A DNA stretch of 63,128 nucleotides, the filler included, from Octopus bimaculoides (taxonomy: Eukaryota), in assembly GCF_001194135.2 (NCBI RefSeq). It is 3 parts of 2 records of this genome, joined end to end, with 100 filler letters (N's around TTAATTAATTAA, not from the genome) between each part and the next. Parts side by side here need not be neighbours in the genome. Positions count along the whole stretch, not along the records: positions 1 to 27,913 come from NC_068983.1; 2 more parts are not named here. One strand, 5' to 3'. The position numbers and the translations under genes are program-made. Below, one piece after another: positions 1 through 12,819 of this stretch. Each line of letters begins with the position of its first letter. Position 1 is the stretch's first letter. The notes beneath the pieces were generated by a model, which searched no databases, was not told the origin of the DNA, and saw only the letters and a list, made by a program, of their open reading frames with translations.

Positions 1-308
1 CCGGATGGCATGTGTAAAGACATTTGAGCGAGATCATTGCCAGTGCCGCCGAACTGGCTCCTGTGCGAGTGGCACGTAAAATACACCATTTTGAGCGCCT
101 GACTGGCCTTCGTGCCGGTGGCACATAAAAGTACCCACTACACTCTCGGAGTGGTTGAAGGGCATCCAGCTATAGAAACTCTGCCAAATCAGATTGGAGC
201 CTGGTGTAGCCATCTGGTTTCACCAGTCCTCAGTCAAATCGTCCAACCCATGCTAGCATGGAAAGCGCACGTTAAACGACGATGAGGATGATGATGATGA
301 TGATGATG
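1..308 (+). mobile_element. RTE-type 3' UTR copy with (GAT)n tail (young)
   Basis: ..gggcatccagctatagaaact..ccaacccatgctagcatggaaagc..gttaaacgacgatga(gat)n. CpGs intact. Confidence 0.85.
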
Positions 309-534
309 TATGTACATATTTGTGTGTCTGTATTTGTCCTCACCACCACCACCATCGCATGACAACCGATGTTGGTGTGTTTACGTCCTCATAACTTAGC
401 GGTTCGGCAAAAATGTTTGATAGAATAAGTACTAGGCTTACAAAGAATAAGTCTTGGAATTGTTTCGCTTGACTAAAGGTGTTGCTCCAGCATAGCTGCA
501 TTCAAAATGACTGAAACAAGTAAAAGAAAAAAAA

Positions 535-571
<37 letters not shown>

Positions 572-803
572 GTTAAAGAGGACAACAAATATTAAGGCAA
601 GGCAAATAATATTGTATACGACTTGAGATGTTTGCCTTGCCTTGATGCTTTTTGTCCTCTTTAACAATTATATACCTGTTGCATTGGAAATCTGCAATGG
701 TTCCATAACTACCACCTCGGCTATAACCTTGGAGCACTAGTAATCTGTTACAGCACTTACCTAGCATACCAAATTGTTTAGAACACCTGTGAACTAAATC
801 CCT

Positions 804-992
804 GCATGTAAAAAGCACCCACTACATTCTCAGAATGGTTGGCGTTAGAAAGGGCATCCAGCTGTAGAAACACTGCCAGATCAGATTGGAGCCTGGTGCA
901 GCCTCCTGGTTCCCCAGACCCCAGTTGAACCATCCAACCCATGCCAGCATGGAAAATGAACATTAAATGATGATGATGGTGATGATGATGAT
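804..992 (+). mobile_element. RTE-type 3' UTR copy
   Basis: Same motif series and (GAT)n tail. Confidence 0.85.
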
Positions 993-1034
993 TATATATA
1001 TATATATATGTATATATACATACATACATATATA

Positions 1035-2326
1035 CTGGGTCACCCCATAAATAATGCAACTTTTTCAATTGCATGAACTAAAAGCCAGAAGGGGATGGGA
1101 TAAACTACCTGCATCAACTTGTTATAAAAGCAGGTAGTAATTTTACCTTGTCCTTATTCTTAGTGCTAGTTTTGAAGAGTGCAGTTCGATTTTAACAGTT
1201 AGTTTTTCAAAGCTATAATGGAAGTGACAAAGGAGCATATTTGGCATATTTTGCTTTATGAGTTCAATAAAGACAACAACGCAATGGGAAGTGCGAGGAA
1301 TATTAATGCAGTATATGGGGATTGGACAGTAAGTGTAAGCCAGTGTCAACAGTGGTTCCAGAAATTCTGAGCTGGAAACTACAGCCTAGAAGACAAGCCT
1401 TGTCCTGGAAGATCTGTAGAGCTTCATAAGGACGTCCTGTAAATCCTGGTGGAACAAAATCCCACTTTAACTGTTGAGGAACTAGCAGAGAAGCTTGGAT
1501 TTGTCCATTCAACTATCCATCGACACCTACGTGCCATTGGAAAAGTCAGCAAATTGGGTCAATGGGTTCCTCACAAACTCTCTGAGTCTAATTGTATGCA
1601 GAGAGTGAATGTGTACTCTTCTTTGCTTTTATGTCTTACGAATGGACCTATTTTTGGACTGAATAGTGACTAGTGATGTGAAATGGGTTCTCTATAAAAA
1701 TGTCAAGTGCCAAAGACAGTGGGTAGGGAAAGGAGAAACACCGGCACCCTCAGGCTAAAGAAGGTTTTAACCCATGTAATGTGTTATTATCTGTTTGGAG
1801 GGATATGAAATGTTTAATCCACTTTAAACTTTTAAACCTAAACCTAAAGATAACAAAGAAGATCTACTGTAAGCAGCTTGAGCAACTTAAGTCAGCACTA
1901 GAAGAAAAACAACCATCTTGGGTTTGAAGATGAAATGTGTTCTTCCATCAGGATAATACTTGGCCACATACAGTGAGGATGACTTTCCAAAAGACTGGAG
2001 CAGTTTGAATGGGAAATGATGCCCCATTCACCATGTTCACTGGACATTGCCTCATCTGATTATCATTTATTCTGCAGTCTTCAAAATAATTTGAATGGAA
2101 AGAATATGAATTCTGTAGATGAGGTCAGAACAGTACTGGAGGAGTATTTTTCATCAGAGGCTAGTGAATTTTGGAAGAGGGGCCTTGCAAGTTTACTAGA
2201 CAGATAGAAAAGCATTGTAGAAAATGAAGGATAGTAGATTTTAGATTAAAAAAGAACTCTGCTTATCTTAATTTTGAAATATAAAAGAAGTATTAAAAAA
2301 ACTGCATTATTTATGGGATGACCCAA
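1035..2326 (+). mobile_element. Full-length degenerate mariner, family M1
   Basis: TIRs ctgggtcaccccataaataatgca / tgcattatttatgggatgacccaa. TA at 1033-1034, TG at 2327-2328. Length 1292 bp. Confidence 0.95.
1218..2249 (+). pseudogene. Mariner DD34D transposase pseudogene (M1)
   Basis: MEVTKEHIWHILLYEF...WVPHKL...VTSDVKW...HQDN...SPCSLDIASSDYHLF, with several stops and frameshifts. Confidence 0.95.
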
Positions 2327-2328
2327 TG

Positions 2329-3010
2329 TCTGGTCTGATCAGTAAGTATCCAAACTGTTGCCATAGTTATGAAGCTAAAGCAAGCAGAATAAAGTTGCCT
2401 GGCACAGATTGACCTTGAACTCTTCTGGGCATGCACACTAAGTTTTAATATTCTAGCTCACTCCCACTGTTTACAGCAGTGCTTGGAAGGAACATGTAGC
2501 ATGTGATCGTTCCATTGACCATGACAGAGAAAGTTGAGCAGAGAATCTGCATCAAATTTTGCCAAGGGCATGGCAATACCTGCTTAGAGGCCTACACAAA
2601 GTTTTCAAAAAGTTTTCATCGTTCTCGACACAATCAAGGAGATCTTGTGCAACTGAAACCTGAGTGTCATGTTTTTTTGGTCTGCTGAAAGTAGTTTTGG
2701 CACAAACTGGGCAGACACACGTCTCATACATAAATCTTCAGTGATAATGGACTGAACTGAACCATAACTAATTTGCACATCCTCTGATAACTCATGGATG
2801 GTAATTCGACAATTTTCCCTCACAGCTGCACACATATCTGTGATGTTTTTCTCAGTTCTGCTGGTTGTGGGTCTCCCAGAACGTTTGTCAATATCGACAT
2901 TTTTTTGGCCATCTTGGAAACATCTGAACCACTTGTACACTTGGCTCAGACACTCTTCTTCATACACTTTCTGCAAGTTTGCACAGGCCTCTGAGCAGTT
3001 ATTGCCATGG
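2329..3010. mobile_element. Rearranged mariner M3: 5' end on + (2329-2603) joined to an inverted internal segment (2604-3010, -)
   Basis: TIR-like ggtctgatcagtaagtatcc. + strand MTEKVEQRICIKFC. - strand QKVYEEECLS..VYKWFRCF..RSGRP..FVPKLL..DLLDCVENDENFLK. Confidence 0.85.
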
Positions 3011-3161
3011 CAACATACACTTGGCCCTATCTATTGCAACTTCAACACCCCATTCATCTTGTCTCACAAGCAACATTATCTTTAGCACAACAGGGATTAT
3101 GAACACTACAACACCAACCCCAGCCACACATATATGGACCAACAGCAAACAGTTCAAAATA

Positions 3162-4383
3162 TCAGGTCATCCCTTAAGTTCTGTTCAATTTTACCTTTTT
3201 TAAATTTGAATGAAATTTAATAGTATTTTAGAATGTCTAATGGAATTGAAAATTATTTTTATGCATTTGTGTACATTTAAACTAATTACATATTATTTTA
3301 CAGAATAATAAAATTAAAATTTCTTTGATTAAAACCCTTTCTAACATGGAAGTATCCAAAGAGCATTTGAGGTACATAATGCTTTATGAGTACAGAAAAG
3401 GTAACTCTGCAGCTGAAGCAACTCGAAACATACACTCAGTTTATGGGAAAGAATGCTTGAATGAAAGAACTTGCAGATGGTTTGCAAAATTCAGAAGCAG
3501 AGATTTCAGCCCTGAAGATGAAGATCGAACAGGATGTCCAGTTGAGTTAGATGATAAGCTCATTGAGGCATTACTTCAAGAAAATCCTGCATTATCAGTT
3601 GAAGAATTGGCAATAAAGCTTAGTTCAAGCCATACAATTGTTCATCGTCATCTTCAACAACTTGGAAAGGTTCCTAAACTTGGAAAATGGGTGCCTCATG
3701 AATTGTCTGAAAGCAGCCACAAATCCCGAGTTGACATCTGCTCTTCTCTCCATTCTCGTGAACTCATTTCATCCTTTTTGGATAGACTTGTGACTGGTGA
3801 CGAAATTGGATCTTCTATCGAAATGTTAAATGTTGTAAACAATGGCTTGGTAAAAAGGAAAAGCTCAACCACAACCAAGAAGGGAACTTCATGGGAAAAA
3901 AAGGTTCTTCTCTCTATCTGGTGGGATTGCAAAGGAGTAATTCACTCTGAATTGTTACCACCTAATGCAACAATCAATGCTCAAGTCTACTGTAAGCAAT
4001 TAGAGCACTTGAACCAAGCTTTGAAGAAAAAAAGACCCGCTTTAGTGAATCAGAAAGGAGTGGTGTTTCATCAGGACAATACGCGACCCCACACTGCAAA
4101 GATCACATCACAGAAGATCGAAGAGCTTGGTTGGGAAAAAATTCCTCATCCACTTTATTCTCCTGACCTCACTCCTTAAGACTACCATTTGTTTCATAGT
4201 TTACAGAATCATTTGGGGGACATAACTTTCACAAGCTAGGAGGAGGTCGAAACTGACATTTCAGAGTTCTTTGCATTGAAACCAAAAGATTTTTACATTG
4301 ATGATTAAATTTCAATTAAATATCACAGTTGATCACTTGTTTTCTTTATTCAAAATTTGGACAGAACTTATGGGATGACCTGA
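3162..4383 (+). mobile_element. Mariner family M2, near full length
   Basis: TIRs tcaggtcatcccttaagttctgt / acagaacttatgggatgacctga, TA on both sides. Confidence 0.95.
3346..4308 (+). pseudogene. Mariner transposase pseudogene (M2)
   Basis: MEVSKEHLRYIMLYEY...WVPHEL...VTGDE...HQDNTRPH...YSPDLTP. Frameshifted region and premature stop at 4179. Confidence 0.95.
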
Positions 4384-5550
4384 TATAATACAATTCCCAC
4401 AGACATATTTCTTGCAACCTAAAGAGGGAAAAAACATATATGAACACTGAAGTTCAAAAATAATTGGAAATTAGTCCTAAGCACAACTATACCAATCAAA
4501 CAAACAATGTCAACTTTACCCTACTGAATCCTATGAAATTCTCTTCTTTAAAACCCATCTATTATACTGCAACCTTGTGATAATCTTCTCCTGCAAGCAC
4601 AAAACTTTTAACACTCTAAGATATTTCAAACTTATAAATTTTTCCAACATGTAACTTCTTCTCCTACCCTATCCTGGATACAAAAAATCTCCATCTAATA
4701 ACTAGCATTATGACATCCTTCACAGCCTTTTCTATATCCTCTGCAATTAGCTACAATTCTGAAATTATCCACTATAAAGACCTATATACATCCTTCTAGA
4801 TATGTGCATTGCATTGACAATATTGCCACTCATATGCACATTCAGCTCTACATACTAGAGGGCTTGTGATACACATATACTCAAAATCTGCATGTGTGAA
4901 GAAATTGGTTGACTGCTCATTGGTGCTAACATGAAAAATGGACATAGAAATGATGATGATAGGTTCCACTAAAATTTTGTTCTGTAGCTAAGTTTACTCA
5001 AATCATTCTGCTTCAACTAAATTAATCTTATTAACAAACTAATCAAAACAGATGCAAAGAAGCTAATCATACTATTATGCTTTATAATATATTTGTATCA
5101 TGGTTAACAATTCTGCTTGCCTTTTAAACTCTAATTGCTTGGTTAAATATATATTGTACTTACGTAATGTACAAGCATCTAATTGCACTAAAATTTATTT
5201 TGGCCTTACTCCCACGCTATAATCATCAAACTCCCTACATAGTCGTAATCATTATACACTGGAAGCAATAAAACACACCACTCTAAATTGGTGAAACTCT
5301 TACCAAAGCTAAATTTTACATGGGAAGTAGAATAGCAGTACAGATGTACAAAAGTAGCAGCTAAGGACACCTTAATTAACAATCATCCTAAAATAATGAC
5401 TTATGTAAACCATAAAATTTTCGAAACACAAATATTTTCAGCCTATTTCCTATTTTTCAAAGCCAGTCATATGTGAGGTAATAGAATTATCACATTCCTG
5501 GCAACACATCAAGACTAAACTCCTTATGTTTTGAAACACACATATACATA

Positions 5551-6766
5551 TCAGGTCAGCCCATAAGTAATGTCTGAATTTTGGATAAGGAAAAAAGTGA
5601 TTTAACTTTACATTTTATTAATATTTAATCCTGTATATAATTCCTATCATTATTGATGACTTCCTTCTATCCACTCATCAGTTTTTTAATTCCATTGGTG
5701 AAAAATTCTTTAGGTTTTGATGAGAAGAAGGAAGAGAGCTCAGTTTGAATACTAATCCATCTAAATGATTCTGTAAGCTTTGAAAGAAATGGTAATCTGA
5801 AGGAACAAGGTCCAGGGAATAAAGTGGGTGAGGGATTTTTTTCCCAGCTAAGTTCTTTGATTTTGTCTGATGTAAACTTTGCTAAGTGGGGCTGTGCATT
5901 ATCATGATGAAACACCACTCCATTACAATTCACCAAAGCAGGGCTTTTTCTTCTTCAGAGCAGCATCCAAACACTCCAATTGTTGGCAATGGATATGAGC
6001 ATTAGTTTGTAGCAGCTCAAAGTGAATGACTCCAATGCAATCTCACCAAACGGAAAGGAGAGCCTGTTTTTGCAAGGGGGTCCTTTTTGAGTTGTAGTTT
6101 AGCCTGTTCTCCTCAGCTAAGCCATTGCCTACATCACTTAACATTTTTCATCACTAGTCACTAATCTGCCCAAAATGGTGAGGTACACCCACAAGAGCTA
6201 AGAGATAAGCAGATATCTACTTGTGGTTTTCAGTTGACTTCTGTCAAATCATGAGGAACCCATTTTCTAAGTTTGGGCACTTTTCTAAGCTGTTAAAGAT
6301 GTCAGTGAACAGTTGAATGAGCTTTCTTACTAATTCTTCAAGAGACACAGCGTTATCCTTCTCAAGTTGTGACAAAAGAAGTTCATCATCAAATTCAATA
6401 GGGCATCCAATTTGTGGCCTCTCGCTAAGGCTGAAATCAGCATTTTTGAACTTTGCAAACCATCTTCTGCTACTTCTTTCATTCAAGCACTCTTACCCAT
6501 AAACAGAATGGATATTTTGGGCTGTTTCTGTTGCATTGTTTCCCTTTTTGAAATCATAAAGCATTATGCTCCTGCAATATGTCCATCTTTGAAGGGTTAA
6601 TATTAGTAATTAATTCAGTCAGATTATTCTGTAAAAAGAAATTCTATTAAGTTAAAGGTTTCCAAATTCATATGAATATCAATACCATTTAACATTTTAG
6701 AATGCTGTAAAATTTGATAAAAATTACATATATGATATTTTCAACATTATTTATGGGATGCCTTGA
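5551..6766 (-). mobile_element. Mariner related to M2/M1 with decayed transposase (about 6586-5625)
   Basis: TIRs tcaggtcagcccataagtaatg / cattatttatgggatgccttga, TA flanks. Minus-strand HHDNAQPH and NERSSRRWFAKF fragments. Confidence 0.92.
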
Positions 6767-6929
6767 TATATTCATTGACAAAAGTATCTATTCCTCTACA
6801 ATTATTCATGACTTTATTTTTATTTTGGTTTCATATTTTATTATTATTATTACTGTGGGTTTTTATTAGCCTTTCATTTTTATTAGTTTTGTATTTTCCT
6901 ATTCCCTATTTTACCTCTACTTATACTTA

Positions 6930-8219
6930 CAAGGTGCATTCAAAAAGTATCCGACTTTATTTTTTTCCATCCAAACTAATGCAATATGGGAAGAATCCTT
7001 TGGGTTGGAGGTGATGCCACTTTTCCTGCACATGTATGAAAGTTTTCATGCTGGTAAGCCATGCCAGTTCCTAGCGTTATACTTACAGTACAGACATTTT
7101 GTCCACGCTTGTCGAATTTTCATTTTCATGTAAGATGACTGAACACATCAAGTAGAGATATTACATCAACTTTTGCCAAAAGCTTGGTGATACTCAAGCT
7201 CAAACCACCCAGAAGATTTAACAGGCTTTTGGCAATGCTGCCAATTGCAAAACTCAGATCAAGGAGTGGTACAATTGCTTCAAACATGGTCACACCTCAG
7301 TGGAGAGTGAGTTATGCTCAGGCAAGCCAAAATGAGGAGCCAATTGAGAAGGTTTAGCAAATAGTCATGGAAGACCATCATGTAACAATCCAGGAAATTG
7401 CTCATGAAGTGGGAAAAAGCTTAGGATCAGTGCATTCCATTTTAACGGAGGATTTGTGCGTGCAATGAGTGTTGGCAAAATTTGTCCCCAAGGTGCTGGT
7501 GAAGCAGTAGAAGCAACTTTGCCTGGAAATCACTCAGGACTTGCTGGACTGTGCAAACCATAACCCAAACTTCATGAAAACCATCATCAGTGATAAGACA
7601 TGGATTTATGGTTACGACTGGGAAACCAACTTCCACTTCTTCCAATGGAAACATCCATCATCATCAAGGCCCCCAAAAGTGTGACAGGTTCATAGCAATG
7701 CAAACAAAATGGTGATCTGTTTCTTTGACTCTCATGTTATTGTGCATCATGAATATGCACCACGACGCCAAACAATCAATAAGGAGTACTACCTGGAGGT
7801 TACAGTTGCCTTCAAGATGCTGTATGTTGAAACCAGATAGACATGTGAGCAGCAAAGAATTGGAAACAATGTGCCCACTCATTCCAGCCATATAATCCAA
7901 GTTTTCCTGATCAAGAACAACACACCTCTTGTTTGACATGCTTTCCTGATTTGGCTCCATATGACTTCTGGCTCTTCCCCAAGCTGAAAACCATGCTGAA
8001 AGGGAAGCAATTTGAGGAAATTATGAGAAAAGCCATGGTGGAGCTCCATAACATTTCAGAGAAGGCATTGCAGAAGTGTTACCAGCAGTGGTAGAACTGC
8101 TGGGAGAAGTGTGTGAACTCTCAAGGGGAGTATTTTGAAGGGGATTAGATAAAATTTGTGAAATCTACAAAATTGTTTTTCTTATGCCAAAAGGTTGTAT
8201 ACTTTTTGAATGCACCTTG
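6930..8219 (+). mobile_element. Mariner family M4, full length, decayed transposase (about 7135-8148)
   Basis: TIRs caaggtgcattcaaaaagtat / atactttttgaatgcaccttg. TA on the left. Motifs ..FVPK.., ..DKTWIYGYD.., ..DFWLFPKLK.., ..GEYFEGD*. Confidence 0.92.
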
Positions 8220-8809
8220 TTCATTTTCATTTATAAATGCCTCTATCTATTCACAGACACTTTTATACCAACTCTATAATTTTATTTGTTCCTTTGTCAA
8301 CCTTGCACTATATATTTCTATTAATTTAGCATTCTCATTTATATTTAATATCACCTTTCATAAAATTTTCAGTTGCTTCAAGTCTCCCTCATAGCTGTTA
8401 TCCTAGTTATTTTATTCAGTTTTTTAATCATTTATGCTTATTCATACTAGTCTAAATAGATGTTTGTTTATTGTATTATATATTTGTTGACTCTTCCTTT
8501 TATTCTTACACTCAGATTTTTTTCTAGTTTATTAATAACCTACATATTTTCATTAACATCATTAGTATTATTATTACTAATGCACTTACTGTTTACGGTC
8601 ATGATTGCTGTCATCACAGCCATTATCATTGTGTGTATAATTATTAAATTTTATGAACCTTTTTTTTTGTCATTTCTTATTTCTAGTGAACCATATACTT
8701 TGTGTTTCATAAGTGAACCTGTCAGGTTTACCTAACTTATAGGTCAAATTATCCACAATCTTGCATCATCCTTTTTTTTCATATAAATTCAGTGCTTAAA
8801 TTTCGTTAG

Positions 8810-9155
8810 ACAGCAGGGATGCTGGGGCACCACCCTGAACAATTTAGTCAAACAAATCAACTCCATTACTTTTTATTTTTTATCAGTCTCTTTTTGCTGA
8901 ACTGTTAAGTTATGAGGACATTAACAAATCAACATTAGTTGTCAAGCAAGTTGGAGGACAAACACAAAGAAATACACACACACACACACACACGTACAAT
9001 GGGCTTCTTTCAGTTTCTGCCTACCAAGTCCACTCAGAAAGCTTTGGTTGGCCTAGAGCTATAGTAGAGGACACTTGCCCAAAGTGCTACACAGTGGAAC
9101 TGAATCCAGAACCATGTGGTTGGGAAGCAAACTTCTTACCACACAGACATGCCTG
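8810..9155 (-). mobile_element. SINE family A copy (tail-only copies at 320-540 and 33366-33540, +)
   Basis: Reverse complement of the same head, microsatellite and tail organisation. Confidence 0.8.
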
Positions 9156-9349
9156 GAAAATCTTTTATGGAGTTGTCTTTGTTAAAGCTTTCTTGTTTCT
9201 ATACTACCATTATCAACAACTACATAGGTGTAAAAACATTTTTCTATACTGTTTTACATATCATCCTCACATATCCCAATTTTCTTATTACCTAAAATAA
9301 GTTAGACTGAGATTGTGTGGTGTCAGAAACCACACAATTTCAGCAGATT

Positions 9350-9352
<3 letters not shown>

Positions 9353-9404
<52 letters not shown>

Positions 9405-9431
9405 ATCTCTCNNNNNNNNNNNNNNNNNNNN

Positions 9432-9470
<39 letters not shown>

Positions 9471-9490
9471 ATATATATATATATATATAT
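9353..9490. repeat. (CT)n-(TA)n microsatellite. Similar: 537-567, 14879-14963, 26375-26478, 57945-58010, 60660-60730
   Basis: Direct reading. Confidence 0.95.
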
Positions 9491-10516
9491 ATCTTTTTTT
9501 TTTTTCAAACACTGTATATCCAGGACTACTTTCCCCATTGTGTCATTGTTCATACAGTAGAATAGGATTTTTATGAGGTTTGGCTATTATTTATAGCAGG
9601 TGTGCAAACCCTTTTGTCGGTGTGCAAACCCAGTTATGTTGTTGCTTAGCTTCAGGTCATTCCTAATTTTAGCAGACTTATAATTAAAAGCAATCCAACC
9701 ATGATTATTCCACCTTTTCATACATCAAGAACTATATTGTGTGATGTGTCTTTCCTATTTTTAAGATGGTATGGGAAATTCAACTAAACCATGTGAAGGC
9801 TCCCTCATTAGCTCAAACCCAGTCATGTGTAATGTGAACTATGGTGCACAGACAAATTAATATCAAAGTAGCTAATAGTTGTTTTCTTCCTAAGTTTCCC
9901 TCAGGACTCTTCAACTGACCATTAATATACCAAGTTGGTCTTACAAGAAATCATTAAACAATATAAACGAAAATAGGGCTAAAGAGGTTTCTATACGGTG
10001 GATGCCATCCCTGACTATTAGAATAATGGGAAATGGGGGAAAAGATTTTGTTTGATTGATGAACCAGCAATCTGTTTTAATAAACTGTTCTTGGCTCACT
10101 ATTAACATGTATTTTGCTGCCGCGTTTGTCATTACTACAAGAACATTTAAGCCATTCAAAGAATGACTCTGCTCAAAACACTGGATGTAACCACTCCTTC
10201 TAGCACACATTTTTTATTTTATATATTAACCACCTCTAATTTCCTTAGATTCTAGTTATTCCCTTTACAAAGTCACTTGATATCCCAGAAACAGCAATCA
10301 AATCTTCAAGTTATGCCCACCATCTTAAAAGAAAGTAATGGCTGTGAATGCTTTTTTATCACTGGTCTCAGGTCTTCTTGGTCACAGTTGACTTAGGGAT
10401 AAATATCATTAATAATTATGTACAAATAGACCTCACAGCTTTACCTCTTCAGATTATAATGTATGCATAGATGGTTCTCAGATATTCTCAAACTGACAGC
10501 ATTACAGTTGAAGTAG

Positions 10517-10600
10517 TACCGTAAAAACCCATGTAATTTATGCACTTTTTTTTTGGCAAAAACAAAAATAAACTTTAGCGGGTGCATAAATTACATGAGT
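10517..10600 (+). mobile_element. Possible pogo/Tigger-like MITE end
   Basis: TA+CCGTAAAAACC start. Perfect 16-bp inverted repeat catgtaatttatgcac (10530-10545) / gtgcataaattacatg (10582-10597). Confidence 0.4.
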
Positions 10601-10846
10601 AGATTGTTTCCAATATTATTTTAGAAATTTTTTTTATTGATATATGACATACAAATGTAAACATTCATACTGGAAGTTGACTCATTTAATGTCAGAATAG
10701 GTTTTTACAGAAAAAATATAATGAAGTTGACTTTTATTTATGCTGGATGGTATAATGCTTACTTTTTCTGTATAAATTTACTAAAACCATTTAATAGTTC
10801 ATTATTTACATTTGACAGGTATTTATCCTCATCTTCTTTGTTGTTA

Positions 10847-10890
10847 ACACAACATTTCAGCTGATATACCCTCCAGCTTTCATCAAGTGT
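10847..10890 (-). ncRNA. Minimal type I hammerhead ribozyme motif (PLE pseudo-LTR, left copy)
   Basis: Minus strand ACAC-TTGATGA-A-AGCTG-(10 nt)-CAGCT-GAAA-TGTT-GTGT. Stems I and II pair; core shows C>T decay. Confidence 0.7.
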
Positions 10891-11211
10891 CTTGGAGATA
10901 TTTTGAACCCGGGTTCTCATTCCTAAGGTATTTTTTGATGTTATTATTATTATTATTAATCATGTCACTGCCTGGAATCGAACTCAGAATTTTGGGGTTA
11001 GTAGCCCACACTCTTAACCACTATGCCATATGCCTGTGGGCAATTATGGAGTGAATTTTAGGGCTTAAAAATCTAATATTTTCCTATCCTTCCTTAAATC
11101 GGTTCCCATATGTTATTCACATCTGCACTTGGTCTGCTTAGGAGGTTGTTGTATCCTAGCATATGTGCTGCTTCTTTTATTTTTCATATTTTCCAGTGGT
11201 GTTCTCTGTCT

Positions 11212-12796
11212 ACAGTGGTGATGAACAAGTCTGACTACTTGGAAAAATTGGCAAGTCTTATAAGTGATGGTAGCTACAGCAAAGTAAAGAAAGACCCAAC
11301 TCTGAAAACAGAGAAGAAGTTGTCACAGATCTTGATCAAGAACAAGGATCACTTTACACCAATGAAGTACAGACAACTGACTCAACACTACAGTAAACTA
11401 CCACACATGTACTGTTTCCTTAATATTCACAAGGATGGTATTCCCTTAAGACCTATAGTGAGCTGTAGAGGTTCAGCATGTCATCCACTGAGCCATTTCC
11501 TTGTGGATATAATCAGTCCATTAGCAAGAAGGTCAACATCATATGTGAAGAATTCCAACCACTTCACAGAATTGATCAAGGATACCTCCATTGAATCCAA
11601 CCAGATGGTGAGTCTATATGTGATAAGCCTGTTCACCAAAGTCCCAACTGGTGAAGCACTATCAGTGATTCAAGAAAAACTAGTGACAGACACCCATCTA
11701 AAAGAACGCACTAGTATAACAATAAGAAACTTGATGGAAATGTTGACCTTCTGTGTAGAAACTACCTATTTCAGTATGGATACTGATATATATTGACATG
11801 AAGAGGGTTTAGCTATGGGTTCGCCATTATCACCGATAATAGCCAATATATACATGGAATACTTTGAGAATTTGGCTTTAGGATCAACACCACTAAAACC
11901 AATCCTATGGCTGTGATATGTTAATGACACCTTTATTCTCTGGCCCCACCATGAAGATGTCTAAGTGCTGTTAAATCGTGTGAACTCAATAAAGCCATCC
12001 ATACAGTTCACAATGGAAAAAGAAAAAGACAATCAGCTAGCATTCCTGGACATATTAATAACACACACTATGTCTGGATTCAGGACATCCATATACCGCA
12101 AGCCGACTTTCACTGGACGATACCTTAACTTCAATTTCCACCATCCATACAGTGTAAAGCGAGGAATTGCTCAGTGCCTAAAACATCGAGCAAAGTATAT
12201 AAGTAGCAATCGTGATACCCACCACGAAGAAATAATCAAGCTCAGTAACAATCTATTAAGCAACAACTACCCCGAAAACATACTATCTACTCCAATTATG
12301 AAGAAAAGAGAGGATAAAACCGATAAACTGTCAACAGTCTGTCTACCCTATGTGAAAGGCCTCTCCGAAAAGATACAAAAGATATGCGGCCCATATGACA
12401 TCAGGACAGTATTCAAGAGCATTACAACACTTCACAAATATCTTCTTCGAGTAAAACCACCAGTAGAAGAGAATATGACCAAAAACTGCATGTACTCCAT
12501 CCTATGCAGCTGTGATAGATTATACAAAGGCGAAACATGAGGAACATCGCAAAGCTGTGACACAAGGAGATATTGATAAATCGGGTATAGCTGATCATGT
12601 ATGGAAAAATGGAAACCACCTTCCCCTGTGGGATGAAGTTAAAATAATAGACAGAGAACACCACTGGAAAATATGAAAAATAAAAGAAGCAGCACATATG
12701 CTAGGACACAACAACCTCCTAAGCAGACTGAATGCAGATATGAATAGCATATGGGAACTGATATTAAGGAAGGATAGGAAAATATTAGATTTATAA
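11212..12796 (+). pseudogene. Penelope-type reverse transcriptase/GIY-YIG endonuclease, disrupted
   Basis: GIPLRPIVS, SLFTKVP, GLAMGSPLSP, YVND, FLDI, YRKPT, LPYVKG, YSILC.C...YKGET, EEH.K. Internal stops and a small deletion. Confidence 0.95.
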
Positions 12797-12819
12797 GCCC
12801 TAAAATTCACTCCATAATT

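Larger units (their letters stand above)
3011..4620 (+). mobile_element. Very old PLE remnant interrupted by mariner M2 (pieces about 3011-3160 and 4386-4620)
   Basis: IYCNFNTPFILS (compare PLE IWFNPPFS) before M2. LLYCNLVIIFSCKHK (compare LLNR..ILSCKHR at 15.1 kb) after it. Confidence 0.35.

Noticed and set aside
8460-8735. Hydrophobic, membrane-protein-like ORFs (also 6763-7014, 22462-22761)
   Set aside because: An expected by-product of T-rich sequence; no motifs or splice signals.
9960-10060. RNase H-like peptide IRWMPSLTIRIMGNGEK
   Set aside because: A single short motif-like match with no supporting neighbouring domains.
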